Assembly: GCA_038064435.1 (NCBI GenBank)
Contig: JBBTTC010000017.1
Coordinates: 1-58,020, forward strand
Source: Patescibacteria group bacterium
GTDB lineage: Bacteria > Patescibacteriota > Minisyncoccia > Phycocordibacterales > JACOZG01
Length of the DNA: 58,020 bases
Direction: 5' to 3'
The position numbers and the translations under genes were made by a program. Below, piece after piece: positions 17,628 through 27,383 of this stretch. The notes under the pieces were generated by a model. That model saw only the letters and a list, made by a program, of their open reading frames with translations, ran no database searches and was not told the origin of the DNA. Each line of letters starts with the position of its first letter. The first letter of the stretch is position 1.

Positions 17628-18680
17628 ATGACAAATAAGGAAAAGATACTACAACTAATTATCCAAAACGGAAGGATCACGTCTGTGGAGATAACCAATA
17701 AGATCGGGGTTTCTCGCCAATATGTCAACTTGATAATTTCTGATCTAATTGCGGAAAAACAAGTTATCAAACTCGGTGGAACCCGCAATGCCTTTTATGT
17801 TTCAAAAGAATATATCTCTAAAAATCCAGAAATTATACCAAGCGTACTTAAAAAGAAATACAAAAATGAATTATTAGAGGAGCATAAAATCCTCTTTGAA
17901 ATTGAAGAAAAATTTCCTCGCATTGCACAACTTCCAGAAAATATTAAAAGTATTTTTACTTTTGCGTTCTCTGAAATGTTCAACAATGCCATTGAGCACT
18001 CTCAATCAAAAAGTATCTCAGTTGAAGTATCGCTTCGTGAAAAAGATCTCTCCTTTATCGTGAATGATTCAGGCGTGGGAGCATTTCGTAATATTATGAA
18101 AAAGAAAAATCTGAAATCAGAAATTGAAGCTATCCAAGATCTCTTAAAAGGAAAGACCACGACAATGCCAAAATCTCATTCAGGAGAAGGGATATTCTTC
18201 ACTTCAAAAGCAGGAGATGTTTTTATTTTGGATAGTTTTGGATATCGTTTATCCGTCAACACAGTTAAGCCAAATGTAGCAATTCATCATTTACCGACAA
18301 GAAAACGGGGAACAAGAGTAGTTTTTAGAATCAATACTGACTCAGCCCGACATTTAAATGATGTTTTTAAGAAATATACTAATCTAGCTGGGGAAGGAGA
18401 TTATGGTTTTGATAAAACCGAGATACGAATCAAGTTGTTTACCGCCGGTGGTGTACATATTTCTCGTTCGCAAGCACGTAGAGTTCTAGCCGGACTTGAA
18501 AAATTCAAGATTATTTTGTTTGATTATGAAAAGGTACCAATGGTCGGTCAAGCTTTTGCCGACGAAATTTACAGAGTTTTCCAGGAACTTCATCCAGATA
18601 TTCGTCTTGAAAATGAAAACATGAGTGAGGGGGTAAGATTTATGATTGAGCGATCTAAGAATGAGGCAAAAAGGAAATAA
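17628..18680 (+). CDS. Winged-HTH + HATPase_c-like + STAS-like (DUF4325-type) protein
   Basis: N-terminal HTH GVSRQYVNLII; EMFNNAIEHS, VNDSGVG, HSGEGIFF ATPase boxes; C-terminal SRSQARR...FADEI. Confidence 0.78.
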   Translation: MTNKEKILQLIIQNGRITSVEITNKIGVSRQYVNLIISDLIAEKQVIKLGGTRNAFYVSKEYISKNPEIIPSVLKKKYKNELLEEHKILFEIEEKFPRIAQLPENIKSIFTFAFSEMFNNAIEHSQSKSISVEVSLREKDLSFIVNDSGVGAFRNIMKKKNLKSEIEAIQDLLKGKTTTMPKSHSGEGIFFTSKAGDVFILDSFGYRLSVNTVKPNVAIHHLPTRKRGTRVVFRINTDSARHLNDVFKKYTNLAGEGDYGFDKTEIRIKLFTAGGVHISRSQARRVLAGLEKFKIILFDYEKVPMVGQAFADEIYRVFQELHPDIRLENENMSEGVRFMIERSKNEAKRK

Positions 18681-18682
18681 TT

Positions 18683-18805
18683 ATGGCAAACAGCAATCTT
18701 ACTAACGCGAAACGGGTAAAGAACGACGAATTCTATACCCAGTACGGTGATATTCAGAAGTGGAGATTTGTGCCGATGGAGAACCCGGAAACCATAAATA
18801 CATGA
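18683..18805 (+). pseudogene. Truncated N-terminus of an EcoRI-family adenine methyltransferase
   Basis: MANSNLTNAKRVKNDEFYTQYGDIQK resembles the M.EcoRI N-terminus (K.K.DEFYTQY.DI); the frame stops after 40 codons. Confidence 0.7.
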
Positions 18806-18972
18806 AATTTGAAACTAAAATGCCCGCCGATCTACGGCGAGTGGCTGGCGAGCGCGCCCCGGGCGCGAGAGACGCAGGTGGTAGAGATGTTGCTTCGATG
18901 GCCTAAACTGGTTACTGAAAAATCAATCAATGGCGAGGCGCGGCCACGGAAGATAAAATTGGGATTACTCGA

Positions 18973-19395
18973 TTATTTTTTGAATTTTAGTAGATATCCA
19001 ATGAATAAGCCCGATAATGAGAAAATCGCAATTGAAATAACTCCTGCAATAACATAATAACTCAATATGTAAACCAATTGATTTGCTCCAAGCACCTTAA
19101 CGATTACCGCACCGACCAAACTATTTGAAAGTCTTTCGGTGTAGAAAAATACCCACAAATATTTTCCATATTGAATACTGCAGAGCATGCTTTTACAAGT
19201 CATTAAGTAAAAGATGTAAATAACATGGTTTAGCAGACCCAAAATGAACCCCGAATAGAAGCCGGCGCTTTTATACCCACACAATTTTTTTCTCAGATAT
19301 ATAAATGTGGAAACAAAAACAATTAAAGAGAAAACTAGGAAGATCATGAGGCTTAATGAAGACCCATAATGTACAGAGTATTGCGAGTTAAGCAT
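18973..19395 (-). CDS. Hypothetical membrane protein
   Basis: 140-aa AT-rich ORF with about three hydrophobic segments. Confidence 0.55.
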   Translation of the reverse strand: MLNSQYSVHYGSSLSLMIFLVFSLIVFVSTFIYLRKKLCGYKSAGFYSGFILGLLNHVIYIFYLMTCKSMLCSIQYGKYLWVFFYTERLSNSLVGAVIVKVLGANQLVYILSYYVIAGVISIAIFSLSGLFIGYLLKFKK

Positions 19396-19489
19396 AAGCT
19401 TGATTGTATTCTCAAATACCTGATTTGTATATGATGATATGCGAATAACCGAGATGGACGGGGGTGGGTTTACGGTCTAGAATGGCGGG

Positions 19490-20806
19490 GTGATTGGAGT
19501 GCCAGATCAACTAAAAATTAGGGGCGGGAAGCCCCTCGAGGGGGAGGTGGTGGTGCGCGGCGCCAAAAACAGCATCCCTAAATGTTTGGTGGCTTCTTTG
19601 CTCACGGCCGAGCCGTGCCGGTTAACCAATGTGGCCGACATTGAAGATGTGGAAGTGGTGGCCACCATGATCCGGGCGCTGGGCGGCGCGGTGGAGCGCG
19701 TGGACGGCACGGTGCAGGTGGTTAATCGTGATCTCCGGGCCATCGCCCACGAGGAACTCAAGTCGATTGCCGGCAAGAGCCGCATCCCGATTTTATTTGC
19801 TGGTCCACTTTTGGCGCGCTTGGGTGAGGCGTTTATTCCCGAATTGGGCGGTTGCCAAATCGGCCCGCGGCCGGTTAACTTCCACATCGCCGCGCTGGAG
19901 AAGTTGGGCGCCGCGGTGACGGAAATTCCTAATGGTCTCCACTTAACCACTACTGGTTTGCACGGGGCCAAAATCGAGCTCGACTACCCCAGTGTCGGGG
20001 CCACCGAGCAGGTGCTCTTGGCGGCGGTGATGGCCGACGGCGTCACTGAATTATCTGGCGCCGCCGTCGAACCGGAAATAATTGACTTGATCGCTGTGCT
20101 ACAAAAAATGGGGGCCATTATTTCGGTCGACACTGATCGGGTGATTACTATTGTGGGGGTTAAGACGTTACGAGGCTTTGATCACACGGCCATGACGGAT
20201 CGACTGGAGGTCGCTTCTTGGGCGGTGGCCGCGGCCGTGACTGGTGGCCGCATTACCGTTCGCCGGGCGCGGCAAATGGATCTAATGACTTTTCTTAATC
20301 GTTTCCGGCAAGTGGGTGGTGAGTTTGCCGTTGGCAATGATGAGATTACTTTTTGGCGTGGTCCAGAATTGCGTCCGATTGCTATTGAAACGGATGTTCA
20401 TCCCGGTTTCATGACCGATTGGCAGCAGCCGTTCACCATTTTACTCACGCAGGCCGCCGGCGCTTCAATTGTGCATGAGACGGTGTACGAAGATCGATTT
20501 GGCTATGTTTCCGAACTCAACAAAATGGGCGCCAAGATTCAACTACATCGCGAATGTTTGGGTGGTTACGTACGTTGCCGTTTTGGTGAGCGCAATCATT
20601 TGCACAGCGCCGTGATCATTGGTCCCACGCCTCTCTCAGGTGAGCACATTACGGTGCCCAATTTGCGCGCCGGTTTTTCTTACATCATCGCTGCCTTGGC
20701 CGCTGAGGGTGAGTCGACAATTAATCAGGCTGGCATTATTGGTCGCGGTTACGAAAATTTTATTGATAAATTGCGTACCCTGGGTGCTGAACTTGTGCTA
20801 CAATAA
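19490..20806 (+). CDS. murA: UDP-N-acetylglucosamine 1-carboxyvinyltransferase
   Basis: GAKNS, GGCQIGPRPV, SVGATE, DRLE, PGFMTDWQ, VHETVYEDRF, NLRAG motifs. Confidence 0.94.
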   Translation: MIGVPDQLKIRGGKPLEGEVVVRGAKNSIPKCLVASLLTAEPCRLTNVADIEDVEVVATMIRALGGAVERVDGTVQVVNRDLRAIAHEELKSIAGKSRIPILFAGPLLARLGEAFIPELGGCQIGPRPVNFHIAALEKLGAAVTEIPNGLHLTTTGLHGAKIELDYPSVGATEQVLLAAVMADGVTELSGAAVEPEIIDLIAVLQKMGAIISVDTDRVITIVGVKTLRGFDHTAMTDRLEVASWAVAAAVTGGRITVRRARQMDLMTFLNRFRQVGGEFAVGNDEITFWRGPELRPIAIETDVHPGFMTDWQQPFTILLTQAAGASIVHETVYEDRFGYVSELNKMGAKIQLHRECLGGYVRCRFGERNHLHSAVIIGPTPLSGEHITVPNLRAGFSYIIAALAAEGESTINQAGIIGRGYENFIDKLRTLGAELVLQ

Positions 20807-20810
20807 AACC

Positions 20811-21224
20811 ATGATGCAAACTCACAATCGAATTTTGTTGGTTGAAGACGAAGACTTGATCGGTCAAGCTTTGGTAGACAAGTTGACGCGCGAGGGTTTT
20901 GAGGTCACTTGGGCCAAGAATGGCGTGAGCGGCCTAGAGCAGACGGCCGCTCTAACGCCGGACCTGATCTTACTCGACATCATCATGCCTAAGATGGACG
21001 GCATCACCATGTTGAAGAAGTTGCAAGCTGACGATCACGGCTGCAAAATACCGATTGTTGTTCTCACTAATTTGAGTGATAATCGCAAGGTGGAAGAAGC
21101 CATGACCTCCGGCGCCTACGATTATTTGGTTAAGACCGAATGGACGCTGGAAGAATTGGTGGCCAAGATGCGCGAAGTGCTTGGTCGGGTAACTCTTTTT
21201 CCGGGCCATACTCACCAGTCCTAA
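20811..21224 (+). CDS. Stand-alone response regulator receiver
   Basis: ILLVEDE, DLILLDIIMPKMDG, LTN, YLVK motifs; no output domain. Confidence 0.88.
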   Translation: MMQTHNRILLVEDEDLIGQALVDKLTREGFEVTWAKNGVSGLEQTAALTPDLILLDIIMPKMDGITMLKKLQADDHGCKIPIVVLTNLSDNRKVEEAMTSGAYDYLVKTEWTLEELVAKMREVLGRVTLFPGHTHQS

Positions 21225-21302
21225 TTTTCTTTTGCTTTTTTGAAGAGTCGTGTTATAATCAAAGTGGGCTAAGGGCCCGTTTTTGTTTCTCTAATTATTT
21301 TT

Positions 21303-23117
21303 ATGTCCGAGATTAGAAATGTGGCGATTATCGCTCACGTTGACCACGGCAAGACCACGCTCGTGGATGCCTTGTTGCGCCAGTCGGCCACCGAGCTGGA
21401 TAAAACGGTGGCCGAGAATTGTATTTTGGATAGCAATGATCTGGAGCGCGAGCGCGGCATTACCATTTTTTCTAAAAATGCTTCGGTGGTGTGGCGGGGG
21501 ATCAAGATCAATATTATTGATACGCCCGGCCACGCCGATTTTGGTGGCGAAGTGGAGCGGGTGCTCTCGATGGCCGATGGCGCCTTGCTTTTGATTGACG
21601 CCAAAGATGGTCCGATGCCGCAAACGCGTTTCGTGCTTAAGCAGGCGTTGGCGCGCGGCCTCAAAATAATTGTGGTGATTAACAAAATTGATCAGCCGGC
21701 CGCCCGGCCGGCTTGGGCGTTGGATCAAACCTTTAACTTATTTGTGGACTTGGGCGCCAGCGATGAGCAGGCCAACTTTCCGGTGATCTACGCCGCCGGC
21801 CGGCGCGGCTTGGCCGGCACCAGCGCGACGCTTGAGACTATGGCCGACATCACACCACTTTTCGAAGCAATGGTTAGGGAGGTGCCGCCGCCGGCCGGCG
21901 ACCCGGGCCAACCCTTTCAATTTTCGGTTACATCGGTGATGGGGGATCAGTTTCGTGGTCGGTTGGCGATTGGCCGCATTTACCGCGGTACGGTGAAGCC
22001 GGGCGACGAAGTTGCTCGGCTGGGCCGCGGCGGCTTGGTGGAAAAATATCGGCTCACGGCGGTGCTAAATTTTGTTGGTCTCAAGCGTTTGGAGGTAACC
22101 GCCGCCGTGGCCGGCGACATCGTGGCTTTAGCCGGTCATCCAGCCGTGACTTTGGGTGAGACCATCGCCACTGCCAGCGCGCCAGAGACCTTGCCGGCCC
22201 TGCAGATCGAAGAACCAACGGTTAAGATGACCTTCCGTATCAATGATTCACCTTTGGCCGGTCAGGAGGGAACATTTACCACTTCGCGTCAGGTGGGAGA
22301 ACGATTGATGCGGGAAAGGGAGAATGATCCGGCGTTGATAATTGCAGATAGTGAGAGTGGCAGTTGGGAGGTGGCCGGCCGTGGTGAATTGCACCTCGCG
22401 ATATTAATTGAGCGCCTGCGGCGCGAGGGGTATGAGTTTCAGGTGTCGCGGCCGCAAGTTATTCCTAAAATGATTGATGGTGCTAAGCATGTTCCCCACG
22501 ATCAATTAACGATTGAAGTGCCGGAAGAATATTTGGGTGTGGTCGTGCAAAAGTTGGGCCAACGGCAGGGGGAGATGAAAAATATGGTTGTGGATAAAGG
22601 ATTAGCTCGGCTCGACTTTGTGGTTCCGACCGGCAGTTTGTTTGGTTACCGGCGAGAATTTTTGACTGATACGCGCGGTCTTGGTGTAATGCATTCCACC
22701 CCGGCTGGTTACTCTCTGGCCCCATCCACCCCGTCCGTCGCGGCGGACGAACGTGGCTCACTGGTGGCCTCGGAATCAGGCCAGACCTTAGCTTACGGTT
22801 TGCTCAATGTGCAGGATCGCGGGGTTTTATTTTATGGTCCGGGCGCGATGGTTTATGTTGGTCAAGTGGTGGGCGAGCATTCACGCGCTGGCGACTTGCG
22901 CGTTAATGTGTGCAAAGCCAAACAACTTTCCAATGTGCGGTCGCGTGGCGAGGGAGTAACGGATCACCTCAACGCCCCGCGGCCCATGGGCCTAGACGAA
23001 GCATTGGAATATATTGGCGATGATGAGTTGGTGGAAGTTACGCCGGTCAGCGTTCGCATCCGCAAAATCATTCTCGACGAAGCCGCCGCCCGCCGCCTCG
23101 CTCGGGGAATTAAATAA
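21303..23117 (+). CDS. typA: Translational GTPase TypA/BipA
   Basis: AHVDHGKTT, RGITIFSKN, DTPGHADFGGEVER, GRGELHL motifs. Confidence 0.95.
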   Translation: MSEIRNVAIIAHVDHGKTTLVDALLRQSATELDKTVAENCILDSNDLERERGITIFSKNASVVWRGIKINIIDTPGHADFGGEVERVLSMADGALLLIDAKDGPMPQTRFVLKQALARGLKIIVVINKIDQPAARPAWALDQTFNLFVDLGASDEQANFPVIYAAGRRGLAGTSATLETMADITPLFEAMVREVPPPAGDPGQPFQFSVTSVMGDQFRGRLAIGRIYRGTVKPGDEVARLGRGGLVEKYRLTAVLNFVGLKRLEVTAAVAGDIVALAGHPAVTLGETIATASAPETLPALQIEEPTVKMTFRINDSPLAGQEGTFTTSRQVGERLMRERENDPALIIADSESGSWEVAGRGELHLAILIERLRREGYEFQVSRPQVIPKMIDGAKHVPHDQLTIEVPEEYLGVVVQKLGQRQGEMKNMVVDKGLARLDFVVPTGSLFGYRREFLTDTRGLGVMHSTPAGYSLAPSTPSVAADERGSLVASESGQTLAYGLLNVQDRGVLFYGPGAMVYVGQVVGEHSRAGDLRVNVCKAKQLSNVRSRGEGVTDHLNAPRPMGLDEALEYIGDDELVEVTPVSVRIRKIILDEAAARRLARGIK

Positions 23118-23148
23118 ACTTCGCTTTATGCTAAAATGAAGCGTTACC

Positions 23149-24099
23149 GTGCGACAAGCGATTTTAAAACTACCCGAGCAATTTACTTTTAACGCGTTGA
23201 TTCATCAGCCGGAGCAATTTAAGCCGGCGCATCGGATGGTGGTGGGTGGCATGGGTGGTTCGGCCTTACCGGCCGAACTGTGGCAACGCTTGCGCCCGAC
23301 CACGCCACTCGTTGTCCATCGCGATTATGGTCTGCCAACATTGGATGACAATTGGTGGGTCAGCAGTTTGTGGGTGGCTAGTTCTTATTCCGGACAAACC
23401 GAGGAAACATTGGATTTTGCCGCCGCTTGCCAAGCCCGTGGCCTCAATTGGCTAGCGATCGCTAGCGGCGGCCGCTTGTTGGAGGTGGCCAAGGCGGCCA
23501 GCCGGCCCTACATCCAACTCCCAGCCGGCTGGCCGCCGCGCTTGGCCTTGGGTCTTGGTCTGCGAGCCTTGGCCAGCCTAATGGCCGACGATGCTCTGGA
23601 TCAAGAAATGGTGGCTCTGGCCCCACAGCTTAAGCCAGCCGCGCTCGAAGCTGATGGTCACGATCTGGCCACTAAGCTTCACGGGCGGGTGCCGATTATT
23701 TATTCTTCTGATCTTAATCGCACTCTAGCTTATAACTGGAAAATTAAATTTAATGAGACCAGCAAGGTGCCAGCTTGGGCCAATGTGGTGCCCGAGCTGA
23801 ACCATAATGAGTGGCAGGGTTTTGCCGCTCGACCTCTTGGTTTCCAACCCCATTTTATTTTTATCATCGACCCCGACGATCATCAGCGCGTGCGTCGGCG
23901 CTTTGAAGCGATGGGAGTTTGGTTGGAGAAAAATAATTGGCCCATGACGGTGATTACTTTGTCGGGCGAAACGGTGCTGGAAAAGTTGTTTCGTAACTTG
24001 ATCTTGGCTGATTGGACGGCGCTCTTTTTGGCCGAGGCGGGCGGCGTGGAGCCAATGCCGGTGCCTTTAATCGAGGAATTCAAAAAATCAATTATTTAA
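23149..24099 (+). CDS. Bifunctional phosphoglucose/phosphomannose isomerase (SIS)
   Basis: GMGGS, SYSGQTEET, KIKFNETSK, PELNHNE motifs. Confidence 0.88.
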   Translation: MRQAILKLPEQFTFNALIHQPEQFKPAHRMVVGGMGGSALPAELWQRLRPTTPLVVHRDYGLPTLDDNWWVSSLWVASSYSGQTEETLDFAAACQARGLNWLAIASGGRLLEVAKAASRPYIQLPAGWPPRLALGLGLRALASLMADDALDQEMVALAPQLKPAALEADGHDLATKLHGRVPIIYSSDLNRTLAYNWKIKFNETSKVPAWANVVPELNHNEWQGFAARPLGFQPHFIFIIDPDDHQRVRRRFEAMGVWLEKNNWPMTVITLSGETVLEKLFRNLILADWTALFLAEAGGVEPMPVPLIEEFKKSII

Positions 24100-24105
24100 A
24101 ACAAC

Positions 24106-24927
24106 ATGTATTTGGTTTTTGATATTGGTGGCACCAATACTCGATTGGCCGCTTCTGACGATGGCCAGACTTTTGGTTCGCCGCTTATTTTGCCCACGCC
24201 CAAATTATTTGCCGAAGCTATGGTTAGCCTTCAGGCCGCCGCTGCCACCCTAACAGCCAATCGGCCACTCACGGCCGCCGCCGGCGGTATTAGCGGCACG
24301 CTAGCGCCTGATCGGCGTACTCTAGTTCATGCCACTCACTTACCCGATTGGGTTAAGCAACCATTGGCCGCCGGCTTGGTGGCGGCCTTGGGTGGGCCGG
24401 TGGTGATTGAAAATGATGCCGCTGTGGTGGGTTTGGGTGAGGCCGCGGCTGGCGCTGGCAAGAATTACTCGGTGGTGGTTTATGTGACGGTTAGCACTGG
24501 CGTGGGCGGCGCGCGAATCGTGGACCGACGAGTGGATCGGCGCGTGATTGGTTTCGAACCCGGTTTTCAGATTATCGACCGAGCCAATTTGTTGACGCTC
24601 GAGGATTTAATTTCCGGCACGGCCATCGCGCGCCGTTATGGCCGCCCGCCGCGCGAATTAACTGATCCCGCTATTTGGGATGAAGCGGCGGCTCTGTTGG
24701 CTATTGGTCTTCACAATTCGATCGTGCATTGGTCGCCGGAGGTGGTAATTTTGGGTGGTAGCATGTTTAAACAGCCGGGCATTGCTCTCGAGGCGGTGCG
24801 TCAGCATTTAGCAACATTTAAAACAGCCCTAGGTGGCGTGCCGGAAATTAAGTTAGCTGAACTGGGGGATCTCGGCGGGCTCCATGGCGGCTTGCAAATG
24901 CTGTCTCTTTTGGTCGCCCGCTCTTGA
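24106..24927 (+). CDS. ROK family sugar kinase
   Basis: FDIGGTNTR, ENDA, TVSTGVGG, EPG motifs. Confidence 0.88.
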   Translation: MYLVFDIGGTNTRLAASDDGQTFGSPLILPTPKLFAEAMVSLQAAAATLTANRPLTAAAGGISGTLAPDRRTLVHATHLPDWVKQPLAAGLVAALGGPVVIENDAAVVGLGEAAAGAGKNYSVVVYVTVSTGVGGARIVDRRVDRRVIGFEPGFQIIDRANLLTLEDLISGTAIARRYGRPPRELTDPAIWDEAAALLAIGLHNSIVHWSPEVVILGGSMFKQPGIALEAVRQHLATFKTALGGVPEIKLAELGDLGGLHGGLQMLSLLVARS

Positions 24928-25035
24928 TCTGCCGCCGGCCACGTTTTCTAACCACTAAAATTGTCAGTTATCAACAGCTCGTTTATTCATCTTCAGTCTA
25001 CAATAGGGCGGTAATATTTTTTAGCATTTGCATTT

Positions 25036-27345
25036 ATGGTAAAAAAGCCCACCAGTTTGAAAAGTCTCAAAAAGATTCGCAAGCGCGATGGTTCAGTTGT
25101 GGCCTTTGACGAAAATCGGATTGTCGCCGCTGTTTTAAAGGCGATGCGCGCTGGCGGTGAGGGCAATTTGGAATCGGCGGAGACGGTGGCCCGGGCGGTG
25201 GTTAAAGAGTTGGTTAAGGCTAGGGCTGAGAACACCAAAGATTACATGCCGACGGTGGAGGGCGTGCAAGATATTGTTGAGAAACAACTAATTCTCCACA
25301 ATCTGGCGCAAACGGCTAAGTTATACATTTTGTACCGCGAACGCCGTTCGGAGCTGCGCCGGCAAAAGGGTGAGGTGTCGAAAGAAATTCGCGATTTAAC
25401 TGCTTCCAGCAAACAATATTTCCGCAACCAATTGTCGGAATTTGTTTATTACACTACATATTCCAAATGGATACCGGATTTGAGTCGCCGCGAAACATGG
25501 ATTGAAACTATTGATCGTTATGTTGGCTTCATGCGTGATCATTTGGGCGATAAACTGTCGGTGGATGAGTACCAGGAGATCCGTTCCTACATGCTGGAGA
25601 TGAAAGCTTTGGGTTCCATGCGCTTGTTGTGGGCCGCCGGACCAGCGGCGGCCAAGAGCAATGTTTGTGCCTATAATTGCTCTTTCGTGGCACCAACCAA
25701 GTGGCAGGATTTTGCTGAGATTATGTATATCCTGATGTGTGGTACCGGGGTGGGTTTCTCGGTTGAACCGCAAACGGTGGAGCTTTTGCCTATTATTCAG
25801 AGGCAGAAAAAGGATAAGGCTAAAACATTTGTCATCCCCGATAGTCGCGAGGGTTGGGCCGACGCTTTTGCCTATGGTCTTAAGACTTGGTCGGACGGCA
25901 ATGACGTTGATTTTGATTATTCCGAAGTACGGCCCCAGGGTGCGCGACTTAAAACGATGGGTGGTCGGGCTTCTGGCCCCGGGCCACTCCGCAGTTTGCT
26001 TGATTTTGCGCGCGAGAAGATGTTGGCACGTCAGGGACGACGCCTCACAACGCTTGACGTGCATGACATCGTTTGTAAAACCGGTGAAGTGGTGGTCGCC
26101 GGCGGAGTGCGGCGAAGTGCCCTGATCTCGCTCTCGGATTTGGATGATCAAATTATGCGCGAGGCCAAAAATGGACAGTTCTATCTTAATCATCCCGAGC
26201 GAAGCATGGCCAATAATTCGGCGGCCTACAATGAGCGGCCAACGATGCGTCAATTTTTGGATGAATGGATAAATTTAGTTAATTCTGGCTCGGGGGAGCG
26301 GGGGATTTTTAACCGCGGCAGTCTCAAAAAACAACTGCCTGTACGGCGCTGGAAGGTTTTTCAGTCTGGCGTAGACACTTGTGGCACTAATCCGTGTGGG
26401 GAAATAATCTTACAATCCAAGCAGTTTTGTAATTTGTCAGAAGTGGTGGCCCGGCCGGAGGATACCGAAGACACGTTGCTGGAAAAGGTGCGCATTGCCA
26501 CCATTCTTGGTACTTACCAAGCCACCCTAACTCATTTTTCCTATTTGTCTAAGGACTGGAAAGATAATTGTGAAGCTGAAGCCTTACTCGGCGTTTCCAT
26601 CACTGGTCAGTTTGATTGCCGTGCCGTGCGTAATCCCAACACTTTGCGCAAAATGAAGGAGGTGGCCATTGAGGTTAATCGCAAATACGCTACTCGTTTC
26701 GGCATTAACCCGTCCACCTGCATCACTTGCGTTAAGCCCTCGGGCAATGGGTCGCAGTTATTTGATTCTTCCTCCGGTATGCATCCGCGTCACGCTGCCT
26801 ATTACATTCGTCGCGTCCGCATTGAGAGTCACAATCCGCTGTTTGCTATGCTCAAGGATATGGGGGTGCCGTACCATCCCGAGGTGGGTCAGGATCCGGC
26901 TACCGCCTCGACTTTTGTTTTGGAATTTCCGGTGCAGGCACCCAAGCACGCCATGCTCAAGGATCATCTAAGTGCGATTGAGCAGTTGGAGTATTGGAAG
27001 ATGCTCAAAGAGAATTATACCGAACACAATCCTTCGACAACGGTGTCGGTGGGCGAGGATGAGTGGCTTCGAGTAGCCAATTGGGTGTATGAGAATTGGG
27101 ACATGGTTGGCGGGTTATCATTTTTGCCGCGCAGTGATCATGTCTATCGCCTAGCGCCGTATGAAGAAATAAGTGAGGCTCGTTACAAAGAGATGGCCGC
27201 CAATTTCCCGCAGATTGATTTTTCTAAAATTGTGCTTTACGAACACGACGATGCTACTACGGGGGCAAAGGAATTGGCTTGTGTGTCTGGTACCTGTGAG
27301 ATTGATATTGTCTCTCCGCCGCTAGGCATTAATAATCAGGCTTGA
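25036..27345 (+). CDS. nrdJ: Class II (adenosylcobalamin-dependent) ribonucleotide reductase with N-terminal ATP cone
   Basis: IRKRDGSVVAFD ATP cone; GGVRRSA, TNPCGEI, CNLSEV, TCVKPSG; C-terminal CVSGTC. Confidence 0.85.
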   Translation: MVKKPTSLKSLKKIRKRDGSVVAFDENRIVAAVLKAMRAGGEGNLESAETVARAVVKELVKARAENTKDYMPTVEGVQDIVEKQLILHNLAQTAKLYILYRERRSELRRQKGEVSKEIRDLTASSKQYFRNQLSEFVYYTTYSKWIPDLSRRETWIETIDRYVGFMRDHLGDKLSVDEYQEIRSYMLEMKALGSMRLLWAAGPAAAKSNVCAYNCSFVAPTKWQDFAEIMYILMCGTGVGFSVEPQTVELLPIIQRQKKDKAKTFVIPDSREGWADAFAYGLKTWSDGNDVDFDYSEVRPQGARLKTMGGRASGPGPLRSLLDFAREKMLARQGRRLTTLDVHDIVCKTGEVVVAGGVRRSALISLSDLDDQIMREAKNGQFYLNHPERSMANNSAAYNERPTMRQFLDEWINLVNSGSGERGIFNRGSLKKQLPVRRWKVFQSGVDTCGTNPCGEIILQSKQFCNLSEVVARPEDTEDTLLEKVRIATILGTYQATLTHFSYLSKDWKDNCEAEALLGVSITGQFDCRAVRNPNTLRKMKEVAIEVNRKYATRFGINPSTCITCVKPSGNGSQLFDSSSGMHPRHAAYYIRRVRIESHNPLFAMLKDMGVPYHPEVGQDPATASTFVLEFPVQAPKHAMLKDHLSAIEQLEYWKMLKENYTEHNPSTTVSVGEDEWLRVANWVYENWDMVGGLSFLPRSDHVYRLAPYEEISEARYKEMAANFPQIDFSKIVLYEHDDATTGAKELACVSGTCEIDIVSPPLGINNQA

Positions 27346-27383
27346 CGTGACGAAAGGGACGAAGTGTGCTAGAGTTAACTAGT

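Larger units (their letters stand above)
13099..19460. mobile_element. AT-rich defence islet downstream of tRNA-Ser; boundaries approximate, no integrase or attR seen
   Basis: Abrupt shift to AT-rich sequence after the tRNA and back to GC-rich at murA; contains nuclease, R-M and gene-remnant cargo. Confidence 0.65.

Noticed and set aside
18809-19057. 82-aa plus-strand ORF as a real gene
   Set aside because: No recognisable motif; it spans the deletion scar and overlaps the minus-strand membrane gene.
13099-19460. Prophage or ICE with attL/attR at tRNA-Ser
   Set aside because: No integrase, no phage genes, and no duplicate of the tRNA 3' end found by eye; kept only as an islet.
25396-26253. 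285-aa antisense ORF within the RNR gene, and other long antisense ORFs in groEL, murA, ftsZ and gyrA
   Set aside because: Shadow frames expected from GC-rich codon bias; no motifs or expression signals.
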